Below, one piece after another: positions 13,433 to 26,600 of a stretch of 64,000 bases of DNA. The DNA is from Lingula anatina. Lineage: Eukaryota; Animalia; Brachiopoda. The notes below the pieces were generated by a model. It was not told where the DNA came from, searched no databases, and saw only the letters and a list, made by a program, of their open reading frames with translations. Position numbers and translations under genes: made by a program. The stretch lies in NCBI GenBank assembly GCA_051362555.1, contig CM120649.1:9672001-9736000 (forward strand). Reading direction: 5' to 3'. The stretch's first letter is position 1. Each line of letters begins with the position of its first letter.

Positions 13433-14220
13433 TGCAACTGTTGGAGGATGACTGTTCTTGAAATGGAACACCAATGTTTCTTCAAACAACAGCAAAGTAT
13501 ATAAATATTACCTTCAATATTTCAGTTGATGAAATTCTTCTCAAAGATTGTTCTCCAAAATATTGGAGATAATATTTCACATACTTAACTGTTGCTTGGA
13601 GAAACAATGTGTTCCATTTCAAGTTCATTTTACAGTTGACTAAGTTTTTCACAAAGATTGCTCTCCAAAATATTGGAAGTAATATTTCACACATTTAACT
13701 GTTTGAAGTAACAGTGAAGTTCCATTTCTTGAAGATTGTTCAATGATGTAATGTGCTTGGTGGCAGACAGGTTACACTTAAATTGTGTCCATTGTCTGTT
13801 TTTTTTTTTTTTTTTTTTTTTTTTTCTATGTTTATGTAGATTGGTGCATGTTATTCATCCAGGCTGTTCAATGATGTGACCTCAATAAATATGTTAAGAC
13901 CTTACATATTGTTTATGTTAGTTGTTTTTCATGTCACACAAAAAAATCCAATAACGGGTAACGTTAAAATAAAGTGTGGGATTAGGTCAAAATTTTATTT
14001 TGCTGAAATTATCCTTGCTCTTTGGTTGAAAAGGAATGGTATGTTACAGCACTCATAAATTATACTCATAAATTGTAAAAGTACAACATACTGTCCCACA
14101 AATGACAAAAAATAGATAACATGAATAATTAAAATGTGCCAAAGTGTTGATTGTTCTGAGTGGTAAGCACTTTGTGTTGCAACATAGTGCAAAAATAAAT
14201 AATAATGTAGTTTGATATAA

Positions 14221-14235
14221 AGTCTGACTAATGCT

Positions 14236-14273
<38 letters not shown>

Positions 14274-14843
14274 TAAATGGTCTGCTTATTGCTGTTTAGT
14301 TACATGTATGCCAAATAAATTGTTGTTTGTGCTCAAAACTTTGTTGATTTGCTAAAATTATCCTGGATTTTTGGCTGTGAAGACATTGCTTTTTAAAACA
14401 ATCCCATTAATTATAAAATCACAAATGTATACAACATATTGTCTCCCAAATTACACAGAATAGCAAGATTGCATGAACAAGAATAATTACTCTGCTAAAC
14501 TGTTGGTTGCTGTGAGTGGCAACATTATGCAATAATTAATAGCAAACAAATGAATACTTTAATATAGTCTGCCTAATGCTGGACTTTGATATATTTATAC
14601 AAGTACATGTGGTCTACTTACTGCTGGTTCTGGTCTGCCTAATGCTGGTTCTGTCCTTACAGAAACTTAGGCAGACCATTTTTTTGTATATTTTTTGTTA
14701 TTTCTGTGCCTCTATAATCTGTGCATAATAATCATTGAGTGTTAAAATAAAGTTATTTTTTTATTATAAATGATCATCTAATACCTATATACACGATGGT
14801 CTACCTAACACTGCTTTTACGGGTAGTGTCTGCATAAGTCTGG

Positions 14844-14846
<3 letters not shown>
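14221..14846. repeat. Subterminal array of a GTCTRCYTAATGCTG-like motif at the right end of the SET-YR element
   Basis: Variant copies at ~14222, 14280, 14567, 14612, 14633, 14799 and 14828, plus an inverted copy at 14661-14677. Confidence 0.75.
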
Positions 14847-14891
<45 letters not shown>

Positions 14892-15112
14892 ATGATTTAT
14901 TATCTGTTTTCAGTAGAAATGAAGATGTGTATCATGGATTATCATCATACTGATGACAGTTGAATTCATCTGCTCACCATTTCATTCTACAACCACACAG
15001 TATCAGCAAAGGTCAGTGCAACAACGATATTGCCACACTGGTGATTCTATTCAATTCTATTGGGTCATTGAGTTCCAAATCAGTTTTTGATATGTTCAAG
15101 GTGCGAGGGTTA

Positions 15113-17341
15113 CGGTAATATGCCAAACAATTCGACCAAGATTAATTAATTTCATGGAAATGTCAGTTTGGTCGAATTGATTTAATACAGCAAATGGAAA
15201 CCTTTGACATTGTCGGATTGTTAGGGGCATCTGCCAAAACGTCCATCTCTCCGGAAGTATTGCATTTTACCAGAAGTGTTATGCAAGATAAGCCGCAATT
15301 TTTGCCTAACACGTGTTTCAGGCATGTTTTATCCTCCTGAAATCTTATTTTCCTGTGTATTATTCGTGCTAACATTACTTAACATCAAAAGAGACGACAA
15401 TTATAATTTCTAATTATATATTTCCCTCACCTACAATCATTTTCATGATGCGCTTCACAAGTGGGACGAGTATTTCCCCGGAGACAGGTGTTGTAAACTA
15501 AGGCTAGTCACTTATATTTGAAACCGGTAGCTTTAGAGGACTTAAACTAGTTGTGTGATCTACATACGCCCCATTTGAATTTTTATATGACAACTGAAAT
15601 CAACCGAATTGAAATTTTTTACCAGTCTGAGATCAGTTGTTTTCCACCCGCAAGGCTTGCTCAGCATCGAGGCGTAGACGTACGTACTTCCGAAGAAAAT
15701 TCAATCACCCGTATGAAAGAATACCAACTGGTGCTCAAACGGAAATCAGTGTAACTTCAAATTACTTTTAAGTATTTTATTTAAAAAGCATGTCATATTA
15801 AAACATATTGAGAAAAGGCAAAATACGGAGCCTACCTGTGCCGATAGACATACAGTATCTTGCTGGCACTCTTCTGATTTTCTTACTTATATACTCTAGC
15901 TGTGCACAAACCACGGTGCATATTGAAAACCCCACTGATACAACCCGAACTTAAAAAAGCATTTAATTGCCATAATTTTCACAAAACAGGTGCATTTATA
16001 ATTTGACTTGAGAATTGAGCACATGCAGAAATGATAGACTGGTCTTATCTGGTCTGCTCCAGCATAGCACAAACCACATGTTAATGAAGACAGTCCCATT
16101 TTGGGGGAGGGGGTCACAGGAATGGAGTTCTTCGTGGATTACACTAAATATTATCAACATTTCATGCATCTGGGGAAATAGAAAGTGACTCACAGGTAAC
16201 GTAAATACCCAGTGGAACTCTCTGTGAAGTTCCCATGGAGTTAAGGAAGACGTCATTTTTATTGTTGACAAATCAGTTATCCATGCAGGTGAACAGCTAC
16301 ACGTGTTCGTCAGATTTTGACAGCGCGTGGTATTTGGCGCCAAGAAGTCTGGGCGGTCGATCCCGCTGATCTTTTGGTCGTTTGTAGTAAATGTAAGATC
16401 TTGCGGTGTTGACTTCAAGAACGTTTCCCATCTGCATATATATTTCAATCGAACTTGAAAATAAATTGCTTATTCTTCCCAAACTTTTTATTGCTAGCAA
16501 ACGCTATATATGGTCTATCTGAAGGTGTTTACGACGTATTCTACCCACTGTCGATATTTGGTTTCATTCAGAATAGACATCACAAATTTTAGGATTCGTG
16601 AGGATTCGTGAGATTTTGCCAATTTTCTGGTCTTATTCGACACGCTCACGATTCACTTACAATACAGGTACGATAGTGTTACGAATATTCGTGGGATTCG
16701 GCTGGAATCGTGAGATTTTGCCAATTTTCTGGTCTAATTCGACACGCTCTACGATTCAGTTATGATACAGGTGCGATAGTGTTACGAATATTCGTGGGAT
16801 TCGGCTGGAATCGCACGAATATTGTCCAGATATTCACTACGCTTTTTTGGAATCGGGAGATCGTGGCCAAAACTATGAACAGCTCAAAATTTTTGCCACG
16901 AATTCCCGATTGATCAAGAATTGCAATAACTTACTACGATTATATACAAATCTGTTAAGAACTTCACGAACTGATTACGATTCAACCAAATTTTCAATTC
17001 CTGGCGATTCCTGGTCTGTGTGAAATAGGGGCATCAAAGTTTTTGCCACCCATTCCTGTTGGTCAAGAAATGCATGAACTGACTACGAATATATACGAAT
17101 CTGTTAAGAACTTCACGAACTGAAATTTGTCAATTCATGGCCATTCGTGGGATTCATGGTCTGTGTGAAATAGGGGCAATATCGGACCACACTACCCGTT
17201 TTCAAGGTGTGTGTCAGATCGCATTTTGGAGTATCAGTCAGAACACCAACAGGATGAGCCCATGCTCGGCTGTCACTATGATTGGATAGTAAACGTAAAA
17301 TCGCTATATGATATTAAAACCGGGTGCATAAATTTGAAAAC
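15113..17341. mobile_element. Truncated TA-target TIR element with nested repeat fragments
   Basis: The macrosatellite breaks at GGGTTA|CGGTAATATGCC, a terminus resembling the 1747 element. No matching right end was found. Internal direct repeats of ~105 bp (16603-16815) and ~145 bp (16890-17178). Confidence 0.45.
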
Positions 17342-17511
17342 CACCTAGAACAACCTTAGACTGCCACGTTTATCTAATACAATACAAAAAAGCCCTGTCA
17401 AAAGTGGTTAAAGCATTCAAACCGAATGTCGTGAAGTCCCCATATTCCCCCATAGAGACAATAAAATAGAGTACTCTCAAGTAAGAGTACAGTCTAAGGT
17501 TGTTCTAGGTG
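17342..17511. mobile_element. 170-bp MITE-like inverted-repeat element
   Basis: Perfect 22-bp inverted repeats CACCTAGAACAACCTTAGACTG (17342-17363 / 17490-17511). No TSD is visible. Confidence 0.6.
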
Positions 17512-17585
17512 CTTGCTTTATCCACTTGGCGGCAGCACCTTACAGTGAAGTTGAAGTCTTCATTAATTCTCAATGTCTTGGTGTG

Positions 17586-17636
<51 letters not shown>

Positions 17637-18069
17637 GAGAGATAGAGAGAGTGGGGAAAGAGAGAGAGCTTGTTTGTGGGAGGGTGTGGTCTAAGAAACA
17701 GGCTGGAGAAGGAACACCTCTCTGCCTGTATAAAAATTTCAGGTTTTGGCACAAACCCTAAAGAAACAGATTTTGGACAGTTGGTGTGCTCCTTTTATTT
17801 GAGGCACCCCAACAGAAGGGTAAAGTATGCCTAAGATAACTGTGAGATCAGTAAACTGTAAAGGATTAAACTGAGTAGATGCACAGACTGGAAAATAAAT
17901 TTTGTCTAAACCTTTATGTCATTACTGAATTTATTTTTCAAAACATCTAAAACAAGAGAAGTCATTGCCACATAAAATGTAAAAAAAATCAGTTCTAAAT
18001 ACCTTAAAATGTACCAAATTGCACCTGGATTGAAAAAATTTTCCGGAAATTATTAAATTTGATAAAATT

Positions 18070-18269
18070 TTATGGGGGCACTAGGCACTATTATTAAATA
18101 TCGGGAATTTTTCCAGGGGGCACAGTTATTCTGCTAGGCACTGTTATTAAATATCAGGAATTTTTCCAAGGGGCACAGTTATTCTGCTAGGCACTGTTAA
18201 TAATTTTGGAAAGTTTTCCGGGGGGGCACTGTTATTCCAGTAGGCACATTTATTTGGCACTTCAGAGTA
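18070..18269. repeat. ~57-bp tandem repeats forming one end of a TA-target MITE
   Basis: GGGGCACAGTTATTCTGCTAGGCACTGTTA units about three times, ending GGCACTTCAGAG|TA where the macrosatellite resumes (CATGATCAGG). Confidence 0.55.
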
Positions 18270-20025
18270 CATGATCAGGAGAATAATCTCTTTATATCTG
18301 TAATATTCTGTCATTAAATCATGCATACTCAGTTTTAGATATGCTCAAGATGACTGTAAAGGGTTAATGTGAACTGTTGAGGTTTGGGTGGGTGTGGGAG
18401 GGAGTTGTGCGCTTAGCAAAAATTTTGATATAGACAAAATTTAATGTATACATTCTGATGCTTATGCATTGTCTGTTGTGACATTAAATGGGTCTGTATG
18501 TATTCTGATTAGCTGTACTCATCTCAGCCTCACATCATCAGCACAGGTAAGTGCAACAATGATATTGCTTCACTGGTGATTCTCTTCAATTCCATTGTGA
18601 ACATTGCCACTATATGTTTTACCTGAGAAATTATCATTTTGGAAAAAGGTGAATTAGATCCCACTCAGTTTTATATATATTCAAGGTGACAAGGGTTAAT
18701 TTAAACTGTTGGGGGCGAGGGTGTGCTCAGCAAAAATCTTTATTTGAACAAAGTCGTGTGCACAATTATTTTGAATGAATTATACAAATCAATTTGTTCA
18801 TTTTTCTTTGGTTTGTTACATATTTTCTATTTCAAGATATGATACTTTACTACTTGGGGATGCTCTTCCCATATTGCTGCATTTTACAATGTAGTGCTTG
18901 CTTTATCCACTTGGCGGCAGCACCTTACAGTGAAGCTGAAGTCTTCATTAAATCTCAATGAAGTCTTAGTGTGTTTCTAGTGTGTGTGTGTGTGTGTGAG
19001 AAAGAAAGAAAGAGTTAGTGTGTGTGTGTTCAATCTTGATGTCTTGGTGTGTTTCTTTTCTTTCTGTCTGTGTGTGTGTGTGAGAGAGAAAGAGAGAAAG
19101 AGTTAGTGTGTGTGTTTGTTATAGAGATAGAGAGAAGGGGGAGTGACAGAGAGAACTTGTTTGTGAGAGGGTGTGGTAAGAGAGATAGAAAATTTAGTAT
19201 TAAAAAAGCTCAAAGAACTTCAAAATTGATTTTAAAAAACTAAACACAATAATTCTATGCCAATTTTGAAAGTTGTATTATTTTTAAAATACAAGAACAG
19301 AAAAATTTGACATTTTGTTAAAACAGAGAAGTGTTCAGCTTATCCATTATTTTAAAACTAATAAAAAATAACATAACACATACATGACCAGGAGGAAAGT
19401 CTCTTTATATCTGTAATATTCTGTCATTATATCATGCATACTCAGTTTTAGATATGCTCAAGATGACTTTAAAGGGTTAATGTGAACTGTTGAGATTTGG
19501 GTGGGGGTGGGAGGGAGTTGTGCGCTTAGCAAAATTTTTGATATAGACAAAATTTAATGTATACATTCTGATGCTTGTGCATTGTCTGCTGTGACATTAA
19601 ATGAGTCTATATGTATTCTGCTGAACTCATCTCAGCCTCACATCATCAGCACAGGTCAGTTCAACAACGATATTGCTACACTGTTGATTCTCTTCAATCC
19701 CATTGTGAACATTGCCGCTATATGTTTTAGCTGAGAAATTATCATTTTGGAAAAAGGTGAATTAGATCCCACTCAGTTTTATACATATTCAAAGTAACAA
19801 GGGTTAATATAAACTGTTTAGGGGCGGGGGTGTGCTCAGCAAAAATCTTGATATAAACAAAATTTCATGTATAAATTCTGATGCCTGTTCATGCATTGTT
19901 TGTTGTGACATTGAATGTGTCTGCATGCATGTATTCTGATTACTGTCTATGTCTTTATTGGTGCTGTATGTTTATTATAATATAATAATATATTTTGATC
20001 ACTGTGTTATGTCTGTGTTGTAACT

Positions 20026-20078
<53 letters not shown>

Positions 20079-23000
20079 TATTGATGATTTATTATCTGTT
20101 TTCAGTAGAAATGAACGTGTGTGTCCTGGATTATCATCACACTGAAGACAGTTGAATTCATCTGTTCACTATGGTGGCCCCTATTGGATATTTCGACTTT
20201 TCGACTTTTAGAGTTTGCGACTTTTAGACTTTTCGACTTTTTGACTTTTAGAGTTTTCGACTTTTTTTACCAGTCATACACTGGCTGCGCGTAGGAAGAT
20301 ATTCAGAACGGAGCGCGTGCTCTGAGATGAAGTCGCGGTTGAAATTTTGTAAATTGCGTAACCTTCGCGGAAGTTCAAGAATTGCACTTTGTTCCCTTCA
20401 TAAGTACCTGGTGAAAATTAAGACATGGTAGCAGAGTTTATTATGTGTATTATCGTGTGTGATTTACCTAGAAGTAAGAAGCAATGAATGAGGTAGATCT
20501 CGACGAAGTCAGCCAACTGGTCACTTTTTGGCCATAGCAACACTAACATTTTTAGATATCTCATGTCACAGAAACTGTGCAACTTATTCACGTCAATGGA
20601 AGGTGGCTTTTCGCATGAGAAAATTGACTATCAAGTTTCATTAAAATCTAACCTGGCAACTTTTTTACCAGTCGGAAAACTGGCATCGTGATACTAGCCG
20701 TCAGATGTCAGTGTTATTTGTTTATCAAGACAAGAGCAACTGATAGTTAAAATGTACTTCTTGTTTTGAGAATACATATGAAAGACAAGAAACATATACG
20801 ATGTTTGTATAAAAAATAATAATGAAAAATGAAAAAAAAACTCCGATATTACTTATCATTATTACTTATTAATTACTTATAACTTATTTTGTCTTATGTC
20901 AACTTTTTAACAATTATGGCAAGTGTATTTTTATTTAAGAAAATCTATGCCAAATTGGTATTTGCCTCAGTGAGACTTGTATGGAGTGACAAATGAAAGA
21001 AAAAACAACTATGCACATGTATATATATATATATATATATGTGGTAATTTATTAGCAATAAAATGGGCATTTAGACCATTATGCCCATAAAACAAAAGAA
21101 TTTATTGCACATTTCAGGCATGCAACCACTTCTTAAATGCTTGTACCAATTTCAACATTTAATTTAAATTTAAATTTTTTAAAAATCATATCATAATAGT
21201 AGCTTCTAGCAGATGTATCTTAAATCAAGTTTTTCTAGTTAAAATTTATCTGTCTAGACGGGAGTGTGCCCCTCAGCTAAAGACTATTTTAATTTTACAG
21301 CAGCTAAATACTATTTTAATTCTACAGTAACATTACAATAACCTTGATGTTTTCAGCAGATGAGATGCTAGTATTAAATAATTTTTAATCAGTTGAATTT
21401 AAATTGCACTGATGTCACTTTCCATCTCTATTTAAATCAGGATTTATCTTTGGCAATAAAAAAGCAAAAAATCCACGCTGCCACCAGACAATGGCAATAC
21501 ACTAATATATGCAGACATAATTTTAGCATATAAAATACCCCAAGCTAAATATATAATTGTACAGTAACATCTAGGCACATGAGACATTCAACCATTTGAA
21601 ATTAAACAACAGACACACAAAAAAAAAATACATAAAATGTCCATCTCTTGTCTCTTCTTAACAGCAAATAGTATGCATTCCTTGTATGTCCTTTTGATCA
21701 GTATGTGGCCCTTGCAATGCTGTTATCTGAAAAATGAAACAAAGCTAATTTTAAAAATTATTTCACACAAATTCACATTTGAATGTTTCAAAGGTTTTAT
21801 ATTCCAAAGCAACTTTCCTCATTAAAACTACTTTCTTAATCATCCACCTTTACATATATGCAATTTCTGTACTACTGACTGTATTTCATACCTTGGCTGT
21901 CAGACCATAGCAGAATCCATAGTTTATACAAGGTATGTGGGCAGTCAGCTGGTAAGGTGTGGTTAGGTTAAGACTTAAGAGTTTTATTAAAGTTGTTGAA
22001 GACCTCTCACTTCCTGTCTCTTTTTTCATTTACTGAAAAATATAAATAGCACATTAGTAATCTGTCTTATCTAAATAAAATTCAACTGATTAAACACCTG
22101 TAATAATAAAATCTTTATTTTACTCCGACAATTAAGAAAGTTCTATAAATAGTGTGTAACTCTACCCTTGACAAATAATAGCATTCATTGAAAAATTGAG
22201 AAGTTTAGATCATGGTGAAAAGTAAATCAAACACCCCATTTCCATAGGTTTTTTAGATCGATCTATCCCTGTGGGGAGTCTCACTAGATTACTGTCAGCT
22301 TGGCCGGCTTAAGCGTCTGTCCCGCCTACTTAAAGCTGTAAGGGGGTAATTAACTATGGTGCCCGCTCGGCTGAATGCAATTTAGCGTGAACCCCCAGGG
22401 AGTTAGGTCAATCTAAATCTTAATCTTTAGATCGATCTAAATCTCTGGGAAAGCACCCAAAGATCAACTTCAAGGTCTCAGTGAGATTGCCAGAATATGA
22501 CCTCCTATACAAGTTCAATAGTAACTATGGGCGTATCTCTGCCAGTTTTCGAGATATAAGGGATAGAAAATTTGCAAAGTTCAGTTAAAAAATATTTTTC
22601 CATGTAGGATTTGTGTCTTTATTATAAAGAATAAAACTGTAATAAGGCACTCTTATTTTTGTTGTACCACTCAATGAGAAAATTACAATTAAAAAATATT
22701 AATTAAAAAATACAGTATGTGTAAAATTCACAATTGTCTGTGATTTTTCATTGAAAAAAACAAGTACCTAGTCCATTTGATTTTGATAAAATGTCGTTCA
22801 TTTTTTAAAGAAATTTCGACTTGCCCCATTAAGAATATATACAATTTTGTTGTTGAATATATATCTTTGTAAAAGTGTGCAACCCAAAGCAACAAATTTT
22901 CAAACCCAAAATAATTCTGTAGAAACACCTAATGAAATACGAATATAATAAAATCAAATCAAAGCCTATGATCAAAGATTGTCACCTAGATTGAATCATC

Positions 23001-23635
23001 TATTATTGATATTTCAATATAAAAGTGTGCAACCCAAAGCATTCATATTCTCTAAACCAAAATAATTATGTGGACACATCCACTGAAATTTTAAGGAAAT
23101 CAGCTTTGACATCAAGATTGGATCATTTATTACTGACATATCAATCTAAAAGTGTGCAGCCCAAAGCATTCAAATTCTGTAGCCATTCAAAATTCTGTCA
23201 ACAATAAAGCATGCCTAGCTATTTATGTTTGCGTGTTCGAATTGCTTTTAAAGTTCTGCTTCACTACAACTATTTTCACTATCACCGTTTTCTTTTATAA
23301 TTTCTTCACTACATAAATTATCTAAGCTATTTAAACACTCCCCATCACATACACAACTTCCAACAATGGTTGCCACATGTGGTCTACCTTCCTACAATTA
23401 TACACCCTTTCATTAAGAAATTAAAATTATCCTGTGCAGCATTTCCTAAAATAAAGACAACCTAACAAATGGTAAAAAGCTAATAGTCCACTTCTGTAGT
23501 TCCCTGCACCTACTTCATCAAGAGTTCCTACAGCAATTTTTCCGGATATAAAGTCAGCATACCTATAAAATACAGAGTAGATTGTTTTTTTACCAAATCC
23601 CCTAAAAAACGAAACATAATCACACCCAGAACATA

Positions 23636-26600
23636 CACTATAGCTAATAAGTCCCCGGTCACTTTAATAGCACACGCTGTCTACATCAGACGCGCTAATG
23701 CGCACGTCCCCGACAGTGTTAATGATAGGGGGATTACGATGGACAGCGCATGTTGCTCACAGCAGTAGGCACTGCCGCCGAAGTTAAACCGGTAATTAAG
23801 TCTTTAACTTGACTAAACATGTTTTGCTTTGTAACTTGCGTCCTTCAGTCTTGCTGTTGCGGAAGCGCCGGCGGGACATATCTCCACCTTGCTGATATTT
23901 ATCCCGACTCTCGGCTTTAAAAGTATTATTGGTTTTGATTTTATCAAAGTCTTATTATATCAGAAAACCTGCATATTTTCATACGTTAAAAGAATTATAG
24001 AAACTGTAGAAAAAGCTACTCGTACATCAGGGATAAAAAACAACACCTTGCAGCACTATTACCTATTATTCATCACCAGAAGTTACTGTTTCACTTTTTT
24101 CTCCCAAATTACAAAGTCTGATGACAACTGAAAGCCTTTAGCCATACCTCAGGGCAGTGGGAGATTGGATTTGATTAAATGTAATAAAAGTATATTTTGA
24201 AGAATTTTCCTAGCCTTCGGCAATTTCCGCAAAGCTTCGGCATGCGCGGCAATACAGAGCTGTCGATATCTGTATGCGTGAACAATAGAATTGGTGGAAC
24301 AACGGTTAACGTCGTCGAGTCGTCTGCAACCTACCGGATGGGAGTTCGTGTCCCTGTCGGTACTTTTGAAGATTTTGAAATTGTCATATATTATAAATAT
24401 CTATTAATATATAAAACAGTCGTGGCTAATTGTTTTTTCAACGGAAAGCACAGTAGGAAGGTTTGTTGTTATTGTTAAAGTTATTATTACTGGGGACATA
24501 AATTAGTATGCTTATCTCTTATCATGGTATAATGATTGATACGATGGGTATCAAATAGTTTTCCTTTGATATAAACAACAAAAGAGCGGCCTTCCAAATA
24601 TCTTTGCTGAATGTTTATAACGTAGGTACTATTATGCGCAAAAATATTGATACATGACGCAAACGACATTTACTAATTTTGGTAATATCAATTTTAATTA
24701 AAATTTAATTTAATTGAAATTAAAATTAAAATTTGTCTAAACGTGCATATTACCATTCACCTTGTTTAAAGGGTTCGCAACAGTTTACATTCTAATACAT
24801 TTTGCCAATTTTCATGTTTGCTAGTTTATTTTGATTTGAGAGAAAGCGAGAGAAGACCCTCTACTAGGGCCGCAAATTAATTATGAGTATTTTTCTTCAG
24901 TGCAAGAGACTGTGTAATGAAAAATCAATCTGTAACTCTGGTATAGGGTGGCCTTGTGTGTGTAATAGTATACAAGTAGGGGCAGGGGTACAGTTTTATA
25001 GTACAAATAGTCATTTTATACATCTTATTGATCTCATCGTCAGGTCATTGTTTACAATAGCGCTTTGTCGCTGTGCGTACCTTTTTGCATTTGAGTTAGA
25101 CTCAGTCAGTAACAGCTGGTGATTTTGTCTTTTTTGCGTTTCATTGACAATATTTTGGCCACCTAAGTAGGGAAATGTGGCTCTTTGTTTTGAAATGACA
25201 TTTCCATTGTTCCTTTGAACATGCAAAAGTCAACACACTTACGTCAACATACTTACTTTGTAATAACAACCCAGGGGAAGAAACAAAAGCCTCATAAGGT
25301 GTCGTTATTCACACTGTAAAAGGTGTTAATTTCATGCTTCTATTGTTTGCCCATGAATCATTATGACAAATTTGTAGGGTTGCCAGATCACTGGCGCTTC
25401 ATTCAATTCTCTATATCTGCCCTGCAGCCTGGGATGAGTGATACTTGACTGACCTTTGTTTATATCTGGAGATTTTCTTTATAATTCGATCAGTGTGCAT
25501 AAATTATGATATTTTCCATCAGGAAAAATACGTGATAATATTACGATTCTTATTTTACGGATACATAATTACAAAAATTAATTCCTGATTTAATACCCCC
25601 TATTTCAGCGCCTATTCCTGGCTGCGATAATTATGGGGGGTTGGAAAGTAATCCGTTAGAACGCAGGAGTGATGATTGCTACTCTTACCAACGGTGCATC
25701 ACCGATCAACTAATCTCAGCCACCTGAAGCAGAATCACCAACAAAAGACAAATTGGACTACATCTGCCTTCTTGTTGAGACATCTTATGTAAAAAAAGGC
25801 GATAACGGTCAAAACATACGTGCTTCGTGGTTTATTAAATGTTCATCGTATTTTTTCGTTCGTTATTCTTATGAGTTAAGCAGCTTCACCTCCGTGACAC
25901 CCTTTTTATTTATTTAAACCATTGTTAGATAAACCATGGGTTTCACTCCAGATTTCACGATCGAGCAGCTGATCATGAGGAGAGTGTAGCATGCTATAGT
26001 AAACTACCCCAAATATATATACAACACCTCCAGGGTTTCACGATCGAGCAAGTGATCATGAGGAGAGAGTGTAGCAGAGAACTTCATTAATGGTCGTCAT
26101 AATTGGTGGTTGCCTTGGGAAAATGAGTTACATGATTACATAATACAGATATATAATAACATAAGATTAATACTAAAATTTTCCCTGATACAAAAACCCC
26201 TATTTGAGCGCTTATTCCTGACTGCGTTAATTACGGGTGATTAGAAAGTAATCTATGAGGACGCAGGAGTGATGATCGCTACTCTTACCAACGGTAAATC
26301 ACCGATTTACTTGACTCCGCTACTTCGAGCAAAATCACACACCACCAAAAGACAAATTAGACCACGTTCGTCCTCCTATTAAAACAAAGAATGAAAAAAT
26401 GTGATGTCGGTCAAAGAAGAGGCCTAGACTACGTGCTTCATGGTTTATTAGATAGGCCTATTCATTGGATTTTTTTATTTCATTATTATAGCTTCACCTC
26501 GCGAGACCCTTTTTTATATATTTAAAACACAGCACCCCACTGGTTTCGCGATCATGAAGAAAGGGAGTGTAGCAAAGAACCTCATTAATGGTCGTAATAA

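Larger units (their letters stand above)
4820..14846 (+). mobile_element. Crypton-like tyrosine-recombinase element carrying a SET domain; left end outside the window, right end at the (TA)n tract
   Basis: SET exons, many small exons and a YR exon lie on one strand, followed by subterminal repeated motifs and an abrupt switch to macrosatellite at GTCTGGAAC|(TA)n. Confidence 0.7.

Noticed and set aside
13540-13760. ~110-bp tandem duplication downstream of the SET-YR stop codon
   Set aside because: It is real but looks like an ordinary local duplication in a 3' UTR, with no evidence of function.
14560-14846. Short repeats with spacers suggestive of a CRISPR-like array
   Set aside because: The repeats are degenerate, irregularly spaced and partly inverted, in eukaryotic intron-containing DNA with no cas genes.
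17563-17761. ORFs rich in VC/HT/ER/YI dipeptides (also 19049, 32767, 58933, 61898, 62912)
   Set aside because: These are translations of (GT)n, (GA)n and (TA)n microsatellites.
21640-22035. Minus-strand exon-like LPADCPHTLYKLW resembling a tyrosine kinase C-lobe
   Set aside because: No other kinase motifs are present. Position and strand fit better with decayed 3' exons of the IS3EU-A transposase, and even that cannot be confirmed.
22224-22458. Possible MITE around TAGATCGATCTA palindromes
   Set aside because: The outer termini match poorly and no TSD could be read.
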